Assembly (NCBI GenBank): GCA_036443505.1
Contig: JAZFYK010000169.1
Span: 1 to 57,300 of the forward strand
Source of the DNA: Gammaproteobacteria bacterium
GTDB lineage: Bacteria > Pseudomonadota > Gammaproteobacteria > Steroidobacterales > Rariloculaceae
Reading direction: 5' to 3'
DNA length: 57,300 nucleotides
The translations under genes and the position numbers were made by a program. The stretch's first letter is position 1. Each line of letters begins with the position of its first letter. The notes under the pieces were generated by a model. It did no database searches. It was not told where the DNA came from and was given only the letters and a program-made list of their open reading frames with translations. Positions 20,332-27,943 of this stretch are shown here, piece after piece.

Positions 20332-21228
20332 TCATTGGCTCAGACACTCCAAGGCTTCGTAGTATTTCTCGCGAGTACGTTTGAGGACAACCGCTGGTAA
20401 ACGCGGGCCGGGCGGCTTCTTGTCCCAGTCCAACGTCTCGAGATAATCGCGAACGTACTGTTTATCAAAACTCTGCGGTGAAGAGCCTGGTTCGTAACTG
20501 GCGACCGGCCAGAATCTCGACGAATCGGGCGTGAACAGTTCGTCGATCAGATACAATTCTCCATCGCCATCCAAACCGAATTCGAATTTCGTGTCCGCGA
20601 TGATGATGCCGCGTCCACGGGCGTACTGTGTCGCCTCTGTATAGAGTTGCAGTGAGAGGTCGGACACGCGTTGGCGGAGCTCGGATCCGATCAAGGAGTC
20701 GACATCGTCGGCGGAGATGTTCTCGTCATGATCTCCCACGGTCGCCTTCGTGCTCGGCGTAAAGATCGGTTCACGTAATTGCTCAGCAAGCTCCAGGCCT
20801 GGTGGCAGCGAGATTCCGCTGACGCTGCCTGAAGCGCAGTAATCTTTCCAGCCGGAACCGATCAGGTAGCCTCGAACGACTGCCTCCATGGGCAGGGGAT
20901 TGAGATTCTTTACGACGATCGACCGACCTTCGACAATGGTATGGTCACGTGGATCGGGTAGGACGCTAACGGGGTCAATAGCAGTTAGATGGTTCGGCAC
21001 GACGTGCCCCAATCGCTCGAACCAGAAGTTGGAAATCGCCGTCAGCGCGACTCCCTTGCCTGGGACCGGATCCGGAAGCACGACATCAAAGGCCGAGATG
21101 CGGTCGCTTGCGACGATAAGCAGATGGTCGTCGTCGACACGGTAGATGTCGCGTACCTTGCCGCGGGCGACCAGGTCCAAACTTTTCAGGTTTGACTCAG
21201 ATACGGCATCCGGTAGTGGCTCGGTCAT
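20332..21228 (-). CDS. purC: Phosphoribosylaminoimidazole-succinocarboxamide synthase (long form)
   Basis: GKVRDIY...[13 protein letters not shown]...[10 protein letters not shown]; 298 aa. Confidence 0.95.
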   Translation of the reverse strand: MTEPLPDAVSESNLKSLDLVARGKVRDIYRVDDDHLLIVASDRISAFDVVLPDPVPGKGVALTAISNFWFERLGHVVPNHLTAIDPVSVLPDPRDHTIVEGRSIVVKNLNPLPMEAVVRGYLIGSGWKDYCASGSVSGISLPPGLELAEQLREPIFTPSTKATVGDHDENISADDVDSLIGSELRQRVSDLSLQLYTEATQYARGRGIIIADTKFEFGLDGDGELYLIDELFTPDSSRFWPVASYEPGSSPQSFDKQYVRDYLETLDWDKKPPGPRLPAVVLKRTREKYYEALECLSQ

Positions 21229-21376
21229 AGACGATTATGTCCTTCTGGGGTTGGCAAACTAGCCGTCGGGATGTAAAACGCGATAATGACTCGTGAAGCG
21301 GTCGGTCAGCAACTCCAGAGAGCCGAACGGAAGCTCGGCGCCTACCTCCATCCCGGCAGCGCGCCCGTGAACAGCG

Positions 21377-22177
21377 ATGCAGTGGATCGGTAAGGCGGTC
21401 GGCGGCGTGCTGGGCTATGCCGCGGCCGGCCCATTCCGTCTCGTCGGCCTGGCGCTGGGAATTCTGCTCGGGCATCAGTTCGATAAAGGACTGAGCTCCC
21501 GCGATGCGGCGCGTCGGCTAGCGGGTTTCGGCTCGGAGAAAATCCAACAGCTGTTCTTCGAGACCACCTTTATGTTGATCGGACACATCGCCAAGGCTGA
21601 CGGCCGCGTCTCAGAAGAAGATATTCGGGTCGCCCGCCGCCTCATGCACAGCATGGCTTTGTCGCCGGAGCAGGTACAGCAGGCGATCTCGTATTTCTCG
21701 GCCGGTAAGAGCCCGGATTTTCGCCGATCTGAGAGCTTGGACAGGCTGCACGATCGACTCCGTGGTCGCAGAGATCTGATCAGAGCCTTCATGGAGATCC
21801 AGATGCAGGCCGCACTGGCGGCCGGGTCGATCAGCAAGAAGAAGCGAGAGCTTCTATGGTCGGTGGCCAGGTTCCTTGGTATGGGTCGAGTGGAGCTTGC
21901 TCAGGTAGAGGCGTTGATTCGCGCTCAGCAGTTTCGAGCCGGCGGAGAGCGCAGCGAGAAAGTCGGACTGGATGACGCCTTTCGCGTCCTCGGGCTGGAT
22001 TCCAGCGCCAGTGATCAGGATGTGAAGACAGCCTATCGACGTCTAATGAATCAACATCATCCGGATAAACTGGTCGCCCGGGGGTTACCGGAATCGATGA
22101 TGAAAGTTGCCGAAGAGAAGACTCTGGAGATTCGCGCGGCCTACGAGCGGGTCAAGACTCACCGAGGCTTCAAGTAG
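21377..22177 (+). CDS. djlA: Co-chaperone DjlA
   Basis: N-terminal TM, a TerB-like middle region, and a C-terminal J domain AYRRLMNQHHPDKL. Confidence 0.85.
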   Translation: MQWIGKAVGGVLGYAAAGPFRLVGLALGILLGHQFDKGLSSRDAARRLAGFGSEKIQQLFFETTFMLIGHIAKADGRVSEEDIRVARRLMHSMALSPEQVQQAISYFSAGKSPDFRRSESLDRLHDRLRGRRDLIRAFMEIQMQAALAAGSISKKKRELLWSVARFLGMGRVELAQVEALIRAQQFRAGGERSEKVGLDDAFRVLGLDSSASDQDVKTAYRRLMNQHHPDKLVARGLPESMMKVAEEKTLEIRAAYERVKTHRGFK

Positions 22178-22197
22178 CCAACCCGCGGAGGCGCGGC

Positions 22198-22881
22198 CTA
22201 CGCAGGCCGGCGAATGGCTTCTCTGCGGGCCTTGGGTAGCTCTCTGCGGGCGTTGAATACGACGATGGTCTTGCCGTTCGCGCTGACGAGGCCTTGCTCT
22301 TCGAGGACCTTCAATACGCGGCCTGCCATCTCTCGCGAACAACCGACCAGTCTGGAGAGTTCCTGGCGGGATACTTTAATCTGCATGCCGTCCGGATGAG
22401 TCATGGCGTCGGGCTCATTACACAGATCCATGATGGCGTGTGCGACCCGCCCTGTAACGTCGACGAATGCCAAGTCGCCGAGTTTCCGGTTCGTTCTGTC
22501 TAGTCTCGCGGCCAGTTGCGTCGCCAGCTCGAAGATCAATCCGGGGCTTTCAGAGGCGATCTGGCGAACGCGGGAATAGGTCATCTCGGCGATTTCGCTC
22601 TCCGCCCGTGTTCTGACCCAGGCGCTCCGAGTCGGCTGCTCGTAGAACAGCCCCATTTCGCCGAAGAATTGGCCCTTGTTTAGATAGGCCAATACCATCT
22701 CGTTACCATCCTCGTCTTCGATCATGACCTCGACCGAGCCGGATACGATGTAGAACATCACGTCCGGTAGATCTCCAGCATGAATCATGACGGTTTTGGC
22801 GGGAACTGTTCGCACACGGCAATAGCTCAGGAAGCGATTGATCGCGGGAATTTCACTCAGCGGCCGGACGGCTTCTTCCAT
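22198..22881 (-). CDS. crp: cAMP receptor protein family global regulator (CRP/Vfr)
   Basis: cNMP-binding FFGEMGLF and the HTH RQELSRLVGCSREMAGRVLK, which keeps the R-E...R recognition residues of E. coli CRP. The start is trimmed from 22971 to the ATG at 22881, which has GGAG upstream. Confidence 0.9.
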   Translation of the reverse strand: MEEAVRPLSEIPAINRFLSYCRVRTVPAKTVMIHAGDLPDVMFYIVSGSVEVMIEDEDGNEMVLAYLNKGQFFGEMGLFYEQPTRSAWVRTRAESEIAEMTYSRVRQIASESPGLIFELATQLAARLDRTNRKLGDLAFVDVTGRVAHAIMDLCNEPDAMTHPDGMQIKVSRQELSRLVGCSREMAGRVLKVLEEQGLVSANGKTIVVFNARRELPKARREAIRRPA

Positions 22882-22956
22882 GGCTACATACTCCGTTTGA
22901 CGTAATGTGTTTTTAATCTGTTTGTGGAGCCATGACAAGTAAACAGGGGGGCAGGA

Positions 22957-22972
22957 TGTGACGCAGTTCACA
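22957..22972. promoter_or_regulatory. Perfect CRP-type operator TGTGA-N6-TCACA upstream of crp
   Basis: The sequence TGTGACGCAGTTCACA is centred about 84 bp upstream of the crp ATG and overlaps the coq7 stop codon. A plausible TTGTCA-N17-TAAAAA promoter follows on the minus strand. Confidence 0.55.
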
Positions 22973-23603
22973 CCTTAAGTGCCGTACGACGTAAAAATTC
23001 ACCTCCAAGTGCCATCAGAGACCGGACGGGCTGAGGAAGTTCTATTCCACCGGAGAGTCGCGCGGTCGTGCCATGATGGGCTTCATCGGTGGCCATTTTC
23101 TGAAGAACAGCCCCACTTTTGATATCAGCCTGCGGCAGCCGCTTTAGATGGTCTTGTATATGAGCTTCGACCTGGCGCTCGGTCTCGGCGATAAAGCCCA
23201 AGCTCACCCGGTCACCGGCGCTGCCCGCCAGCATACCCAACGCGAAGCTTCCGGCGTACCAGAGCGGGTCGAGCAGGCTTCTTCGGCCGTCCAGTTCAGC
23301 GATTCGCTGTGCACACCAGGCGAGATGATCCTGTTCTTCCGCCGCGGCCTGGAGAAGGTGATCCCGCGTACGCGCCGAACGAGCCATTACAGACTGGCCG
23401 CTGTAGAGTGCCTGCGCCGCGACTTCTCCCGCGTGGTTGACACGCATAAGCGCGCCGCTCGTGCGGCGCTCCTCCGCTTCCAACAGCGGGTCGGGCATAC
23501 CTTCGGCCGGAGACGGGCGAGAAGCCACTGCTCGGCCGGCCAGGGTACGTAGCGCCTGGTCGGCTGCTGCAACGAGCCGATCCTGCCAATCTATCCTACG
23601 CAT
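22968..23603 (-). CDS. coq7: Demethoxyubiquinone hydroxylase Coq7 (di-iron carboxylate)
   Basis: RVNHAGEVAAQALY, AAEEQDHLAW, ETERQVEAH and TDEAHHG are the E..H di-iron motifs. Confidence 0.9.
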   Translation of the reverse strand: MRRIDWQDRLVAAADQALRTLAGRAVASRPSPAEGMPDPLLEAEERRTSGALMRVNHAGEVAAQALYSGQSVMARSARTRDHLLQAAAEEQDHLAWCAQRIAELDGRRSLLDPLWYAGSFALGMLAGSAGDRVSLGFIAETERQVEAHIQDHLKRLPQADIKSGAVLQKMATDEAHHGTTARLSGGIELPQPVRSLMALGGEFLRRTALKV

Positions 23604-23700
23604 CAGACGGTCATTATAACGAGTCGCCGGCGAGGCGCTCCCCGCTTCCGCCGGCGATGTTCAGGGCAGTGCGGCCGGTAGGCCCAGCGCCCCCCGCGCC

Positions 23701-23729
23701 TTGCAAGGGCTTGAGCAGGCGCGTAACAT
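23701..23729 (+). promoter_or_regulatory. Candidate sigma70 promoter for rplM-rpsI
   Basis: TTGCAA-N17-TAACAT, about 45 nt upstream of the rplM ATG. Sequence match only. Confidence 0.35.
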
Positions 23730-23772
23730 TCCGCCTCTTTCGTCGGCGGTCTCACCGCTACCCTGGCAACCT

Positions 23773-24201
23773 ATGAAAACATTCTCGGCCAAGCCGGAAG
23801 AAGTCCGTCACGACTGGTATCTCGTCGACGCCAGCGGCAAGACGCTCGGCCGGCTCGCGTCCGAAATCGCCCGACGCCTGCGCGGGAAACACAAGCCCGA
23901 GTACACGCCGCACGTCGATACGGGCGACTATATCGTAGTGATAAATGCGGAGAAGATCCGGGTCACCGGAGCCAAGTTGAAGGATAAGATTTACTATCGG
24001 CATACGGGCTATATCGGCAATCTCAAAGCCGAGTCGCTGGAACATCTCCTGGCGCGGGCGCCGGAACGGGTTTTGGAGCGTGCGGTCAAAGGCATGTTGC
24101 CGCGGAACCCGCTCGGAAGACAGATGTTCAGGAAGCTGAAGGTCGTTCGCGGGACGGAGCACCCGCACCAGGCCCAACAGCCTCATCCTCTGGAGATATA
24201 A
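23773..24201 (+). CDS. rplM: 50S ribosomal protein L13
   Basis: [59 protein letters not shown]. The ORF-track start at 23701 is trimmed. Confidence 0.97.
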   Translation: MKTFSAKPEEVRHDWYLVDASGKTLGRLASEIARRLRGKHKPEYTPHVDTGDYIVVINAEKIRVTGAKLKDKIYYRHTGYIGNLKAESLEHLLARAPERVLERAVKGMLPRNPLGRQMFRKLKVVRGTEHPHQAQQPHPLEI

Positions 24202-24204
24202 AGC

Positions 24205-24597
24205 GTGGCTACCGAAGTTTATTACGGCACAGGTCGAAGAAAAACCTCGGCGGCAAGAGTCTACTTAAAAGTCGGCAGCGGCGAGATCCAGGTAAACGGA
24301 CGGCCGTTGGACCTGTTTTTCGGCAGAGAAACAGCACGTATGATCGTTCGCCAGCCTCTGGAGGTCTCTCAACTGGAGAGTAAGTTCGATATTCAGGTGC
24401 GCGTACGCGGCGGTGGCACGACGGGACAAGCAGGCGCTATTCGCCACGGAATTACCCGGGCGCTGATGTCATACGATGAGACGCTCAGGCAACCGCTACG
24501 CAAAGCAGGTTTCGTAACCCGGGATGCCAGGGAAGTCGAGCGCAAGAAGGTCGGCCTGCGCAAGGCCCGTAAAGCGACTCAGTACTCCAAGCGCTAG
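24205..24597 (+). CDS. rpsI: 30S ribosomal protein S9
   Basis: [14 protein letters not shown]...[19 protein letters not shown]...[11 protein letters not shown]; GTG start. Confidence 0.97.
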   Translation: MATEVYYGTGRRKTSAARVYLKVGSGEIQVNGRPLDLFFGRETARMIVRQPLEVSQLESKFDIQVRVRGGGTTGQAGAIRHGITRALMSYDETLRQPLRKAGFVTRDAREVERKKVGLRKARKATQYSKR

Positions 24598-24616
24598 TAC
24601 TTGAAGATCCCACGAC

Positions 24617-24690
24617 TGGGGGATCGTCTAGTGGTAGGACATCGGACTCTGACTCCGAGAGCGGGGGTTCGAATCCCTCTCCCCCAGCCA
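24617..24690 (+). tRNA. tRNA-Gln (anticodon CUG)
   Basis: TGGGGGA acceptor pairs with TCCCCCA, followed by G and an encoded CCA. D-loop TCTAGTGGTAGGA. Anticodon arm TCGGA-CTCTGAC-TCCGA. T-arm GGGGGTTCGAATCCCTC. Confidence 0.9.
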
Positions 24691-24721
24691 ACTCGTCGAC
24701 CGGTAACAGGGCGACGCGGCG

Positions 24722-25378
24722 CTAGCGCATCTCCCTGACGCCATCGTCTCCGCTGATCAGTAGAATGTCAGCGCGTCTCTGAGCGAATATCCCGACCGTG
24801 ACCACGCCCGGAATCTGATTCAGACGGTTCTCGACCTCAGGCGGATTCGAAATTCTCAGATTGTGGACGTCCACGATGTGATTACCGTTGTCGGTCACGA
24901 AGCCCGTCCGCAGGATCGGCTGACCGCCCGCCTTGACCAGCTGCCGTGAGACAAACGATTGTGCCATCGGGATGACCTCCACGGGGAGCGGGTATTGGCC
25001 CAGGCTACCCACGAGTTTGGAGTCGTCGATCATGCAGACGAATTTCCGTGATGCGCTCGCGAGAACCTTCTCGCGCGTGAGCGCTCCACCGCCACCCTTC
25101 AGAAGATGCAGATGCTTGGTTGCCTCGTCTGCACCATCTACGTAGAGGTCCAAAGTTCCAGTGCTCGCGAGCTCCGAGACCTCGATGCCGAGCTTCGCAA
25201 GTCTCTGAGTGGATGCCTCTGAGCTGGAAACGACCATCGTCAACTGTTGGGCGCGCTCAGCCAGGGCGTCGATGAAGAAGTCCACAGTGCTACCGGTGCC
25301 GATTCCCACGGACATTCCGGCCTCGATCTGGTCGGCAGCGGCCGCAGCCGCTTGGCGTTTCTTGTCATCCTGGTCCAT
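24722..25378 (-). CDS. rpiA: Ribose-5-phosphate isomerase A
   Basis: [17 protein letters not shown]...DGADE...[13 protein letters not shown]. Confidence 0.95.
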   Translation of the reverse strand: MDQDDKKRQAAAAAADQIEAGMSVGIGTGSTVDFFIDALAERAQQLTMVVSSSEASTQRLAKLGIEVSELASTGTLDLYVDGADEATKHLHLLKGGGGALTREKVLASASRKFVCMIDDSKLVGSLGQYPLPVEVIPMAQSFVSRQLVKAGGQPILRTGFVTDNGNHIVDVHNLRISNPPEVENRLNQIPGVVTVGIFAQRRADILLISGDDGVREMR

Positions 25379-25389
25379 GTCACATCACC

Positions 25390-25418
25390 AAAAAAAGTGC
25401 CCGCGTATAGCTGGCACT
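25390..25418 (-). terminator. Intrinsic terminator after the H1-like gene
   Basis: Minus-strand AGTGCC-(11 nt)-GGCACT stem followed by TTTTTTT. It is preceded by a second 9-bp hairpin (25423-25450). Confidence 0.6.
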
Positions 25419-25463
25419 TTATTTATGTCAGAGCTAGAAGGCTGACATAAGGCGCTAAAGCAA

Positions 25464-25829
25464 CTACCGTTTCTTGCGAGAGGCCTTTCTCTTGGCCTTC
25501 TTGCGGGTAGCCTTCTTCCTGCCTTTCTTCTTAGCCTTACGCTTGGCTTTCTTCTTAGCCTTGCGCTTGGCTTTCTTCCGGCCTTTCTTCTTAGCCTTAC
25601 GCTTGGCTTTCTTCTTAGTTTTCTTCTTAGCCTTACGCTTGGCTTTCTTCTTAGTCTTTCTCTTGGCCTTCTTACGTGTTGCCTTCTTCTTCGCCTTCCT
25701 GCGAGTAGCCTTCTTACGCGTCGCCTTCTTCTTGGTGGCGCGTTTCTTGGCTACCTTGCGCCGCACAGTCTTGCGCTTGGCGCTCGCCTTCTTGCGAGAT
25801 GTTCGCTTCTTCGAAGCTCGTTTAGCCAT
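25464..25829 (-). CDS. Lysine/alanine-rich histone H1-like (AlgP-like) repetitive basic protein
   Basis: 121 aa composed almost only of K, A, R and T, with KKAKRKAK repeats encoded by a 24-nt tandem DNA repeat (CTTAGCCTTACGCTTGGCTTTCTT). GGAG lies 8 nt before the ATG, and a terminator follows. Confidence 0.8.
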   Translation of the reverse strand: MAKRASKKRTSRKKASAKRKTVRRKVAKKRATKKKATRKKATRRKAKKKATRKKAKRKTKKKAKRKAKKKTKKKAKRKAKKKGRKKAKRKAKKKAKRKAKKKGRKKATRKKAKRKASRKKR

Positions 25830-25940
25830 GGGTAGTCTCCGTGTCGGGGTTAACCGGCGTTGAGTATATATAAAAGAATCAAAATTTCCAGCAGGTTAGG
25901 TGTTTTTGCACGTGACTTGCAGCGCATTTCACGCGAAGAG

Positions 25941-25956
25941 TGTGAACGACTGCACA
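25941..25956. promoter_or_regulatory. Candidate CRP-type operator TGTGA-N6-GCACA inside a perfect 8+8 palindrome
   Basis: AGAGTGTGAACGACTGCACACTCT (25937-25960) matches the CRP core at 9 of 10 positions with correct half-site spacing. It lies about 120 bp upstream of the H1-like gene ATG in AT-rich DNA. Confidence 0.3.
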
Positions 25957-26418
25957 CTCTGGGTAATTCATCGATGAAAAGCCGAATGTTGTTTGCGTTT
26001 AACAAGCGGATCGAACTTCTCGATGCGTAAAAAAAAATATAGGAGAGAGACGCGCGTAAACTTTTTCTGACGTCAGGGAAAGCTCATGACTCGGGTGTGA
26101 TTCGGCAAGAAGCATGCCCGGTTTAAGTGGCGGAGACCCGCTAAGTTACTAGGTTCTTGTTCGATGCGTTTCGCGTGAGGCTGAATGAACAAGAGCGTTG
26201 GGAACTGTGCCCGCACAGTTACGTTGGCGCCGTCAGTCTGAATCGAACCAGTCCCGATTACGCTCACGGCGCCTGTTTCGTAGCTCGAGCGCTGCGCGAT
26301 CGACGCGGGGTTCCGCTCTGCCCATCATGCTTCGCACGATTTCAGGCTCGGCGCGCTGTGAGCACTCCGAGCGCAAAAAAACCCGCTCGTTTCCGGAATT
26401 TCGCATGATTTTGCGCAT

Positions 26419-27015
26419 TTAAAAGTAATACGTATCAGTTTCGGTCACCGCACACCACAGACGCACGTCCCACGCCTCAGCATCGATACTTGGCACATGT
26501 TGGCTCTCGTATCCCACGCCGATCAATTTTGGTTTCCACCACGCCGATCGAGAGCGTAGAAACCGGAAGCATCGGTCATAGAAACCGCCACCCATACCGA
26601 GTCTCACGCCCTGGTCATCGAAGGCAACGAGCGGCGTCAGCACAAGATCCAGAGAGCGGGCATCGATGTAGGGTCCGTCCGCCGGTTCGAGGATCCCGAA
26701 GCGGTTCGGCTGTAGTGGCACGCCACGCCGGAGAGCGGCGAATCGAAGGCTGTCTCCTCGAAGCACGGGAGCATACAGTTGTTTGTTACGGCGCTCGGCT
26801 CCCACCATGAAGGCTTCGAGAGAGAGTTCGCCGTCGACCGCGAAATAGATGCTCAGGTGTCGGGCGCGTTGATACGGGGCTAGCTGCCACAGACGTTGAG
26901 CAAGCCGCAGCTCGGCCTGGCTCTTCTGCGGTCCCGGAACGGCCTTGCGGCGGTCGCGAATGAGCTGCCGTTGTTCACTACGCTCGTGGTTGCTATTGAG
27001 TGAAGTATCGGGCAC
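26419..27015 (-). CDS. 5-formyltetrahydrofolate cyclo-ligase (YgfA-like)
   Basis: LVLTPLVAFDDQGVRLGMGGGFYDR motif and position after zapA and 6S RNA. The start is set to the GTG at 27015 because the upstream part of ORF 26419..27189 overlaps the 6S RNA. The exact start is uncertain. Confidence 0.8.
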   Translation of the reverse strand: MPDTSLNSNHERSEQRQLIRDRRKAVPGPQKSQAELRLAQRLWQLAPYQRARHLSIYFAVDGELSLEAFMVGAERRNKQLYAPVLRGDSLRFAALRRGVPLQPNRFGILEPADGPYIDARSLDLVLTPLVAFDDQGVRLGMGGGFYDRCFRFLRSRSAWWKPKLIGVGYESQHVPSIDAEAWDVRLWCAVTETDTYYF

Positions 27016-27074
27016 TCGCCTGAGTCTTTTCGAACAGCCTGCTAGTCCAGCTCTGCGTAATAACGATGACGGAA

Positions 27075-27270
27075 GATGACGCTCCCCGCCTGTGCCGTTG
27101 CAGCTGGTTGCTCTCGAACCAGAGCAATAGGTGGGGTAAGCCGTGGTAGTTGCAGGCGATCCAGCTACACTGGATATGCACAACGCCACCGACAGGACAC
27201 AACCCCAAGATCAAGATTTAGGGTCCGAAAGACTCTCCAGTCCGTATCGAACACCGCAGGGAGCGCCAAT
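27075..27270 (-). ncRNA. ssrS: 6S RNA (ends approximate)
   Basis: Canonical zapA-ssrS-ygfA position. The 5' GCGCUCCCUGCGGUG pairs with the 3' CACAGGCGGGGAGCG as a long closing stem. An internal UUGCUCU-GGUUCG-AGAGCAA hairpin resembles the E. coli 6S 3'-side hairpin. Confidence 0.7.
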
Positions 27271-27273
27271 ACA

Positions 27274-27588
27274 CTATAGATTCAATTGCTGGCCGGTACC
27301 GAGAGCTGTGTCCAGTCTCTCGCGCATTGCTTTTACCCGAAGGCCAACAATGTCCTTTAACTCTCGGTCGTCGTCGGTTCTCTGCAGCAGTTCATTAGCC
27401 ATATTCAGGGCCGCCATGACGGCGACTCGATCCAGGCCGACGACTTTGCCGCTGTCGCGAATCTCACGCATTTTCTGATTGAGGAGATCCGCCGACGCCA
27501 TGAGGTCCGCTTTCTCACCGGCTGGACAGGCGACCTGATACTCCTTCTCCAGTATCCGAATACTGACGTGGGCGTACATCTCGCTCAC
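27274..27588 (-). CDS. zapA: Cell division protein ZapA
   Basis: VSIRILEKEYQVACPAGEKADLMASADLLNQKMREIR...DRVAVMAALNMANEL. Confidence 0.9.
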   Translation of the reverse strand: MSEMYAHVSIRILEKEYQVACPAGEKADLMASADLLNQKMREIRDSGKVVGLDRVAVMAALNMANELLQRTDDDRELKDIVGLRVKAMRERLDTALGTGQQLNL

Positions 27589-27818
27589 TGTGCCTGCTCC
27601 ATTGCCTTGAGCCGGCTGATCATTGCTTCGACGCGGCCCCGGACCTGCTCGTTCTTCTGCAACAGCGTCGCCCGGTCCTCGATCAGGCTATCCTGTCGTT
27701 GCTTCAGAGATCGATTTTCTTCCTGGAGCTGCCTGCAGATGACAACCAGCTCATCCAACCGCTTCTCGAGGCGCTGCAGGTCGGCGTCAACCCGTTCATT
27801 CGTGTCGGGATCACTCAT
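27585..27818 (-). CDS. Small coiled-coil protein upstream of zapA (ZapB-like / TIGR02449-type as I recall it)
   Basis: 77 aa; heptad-rich LQRLEKRLDELVVICRQLQEENRSLKQRQDSL; ATGA-type overlap with zapA. Confidence 0.7.
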   Translation of the reverse strand: MSDPDTNERVDADLQRLEKRLDELVVICRQLQEENRSLKQRQDSLIEDRATLLQKNEQVRGRVEAMISRLKAMEQAQ

Positions 27819-27943
27819 GCTACGGACTATAGAGCCGCAAGCGTTCGGGGGTCAACAAGCGTTTGTCGGTGTTAGCATTGGGGCCTCTCGCCCGTTGAGG
27901 TTACCGCGAATGACCGACAGACACACAGAGTACGCACCAATGA

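Noticed and set aside
25474-25863. 129-aa hydrophobic Phe/Leu/Ala-repeat ORF on the plus strand.
   Set aside because: It is the mirror image of the lysine-rich repeat gene (AAG/AAA codons read antisense as CTT/TTT). It has no independent RBS or terminator support.
26203-26220. Palindrome AACTGTGCCCGCACAGTT considered as a LexA (CTGT-N8-ACAG) or CRP box.
   Set aside because: The spacing is wrong for both: CTGT-N6-ACAG and TGTGC-N2-GCACA. It is kept only as part of the description of the orphan intergenic region.
26225-26273. tRNA-like 3' fragment on the minus strand (GGCGCCGTGA...GGTTCGATTC...TGACGGCGCCA), which could be an att-site remnant.
   Set aside because: The putative T-arm does not pair (a 3-bp stem and an 8-nt loop at best). 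There is no D arm or anticodon arm, and the acceptor-like stem closes only a ~48-nt hairpin. It is probably a chance palindrome in the orphan intergenic region.
26073-26418. Short ORFs in the orphan intergenic region: 26073..26267(-), 26157..26408(+), 26198..26422(+) and 26233..26418(-).
   Set aside because: They overlap one another, have no RBS and no recognisable motifs, and their composition is implausible. The region is treated as non-coding.
27016-27189. N-terminal 58 codons of ORF 26419..27189.
   Set aside because: They overlap the predicted 6S RNA and have no similarity to the N-terminus of 5-formyl-THF cyclo-ligases. The CDS was trimmed to the GTG at 27015.
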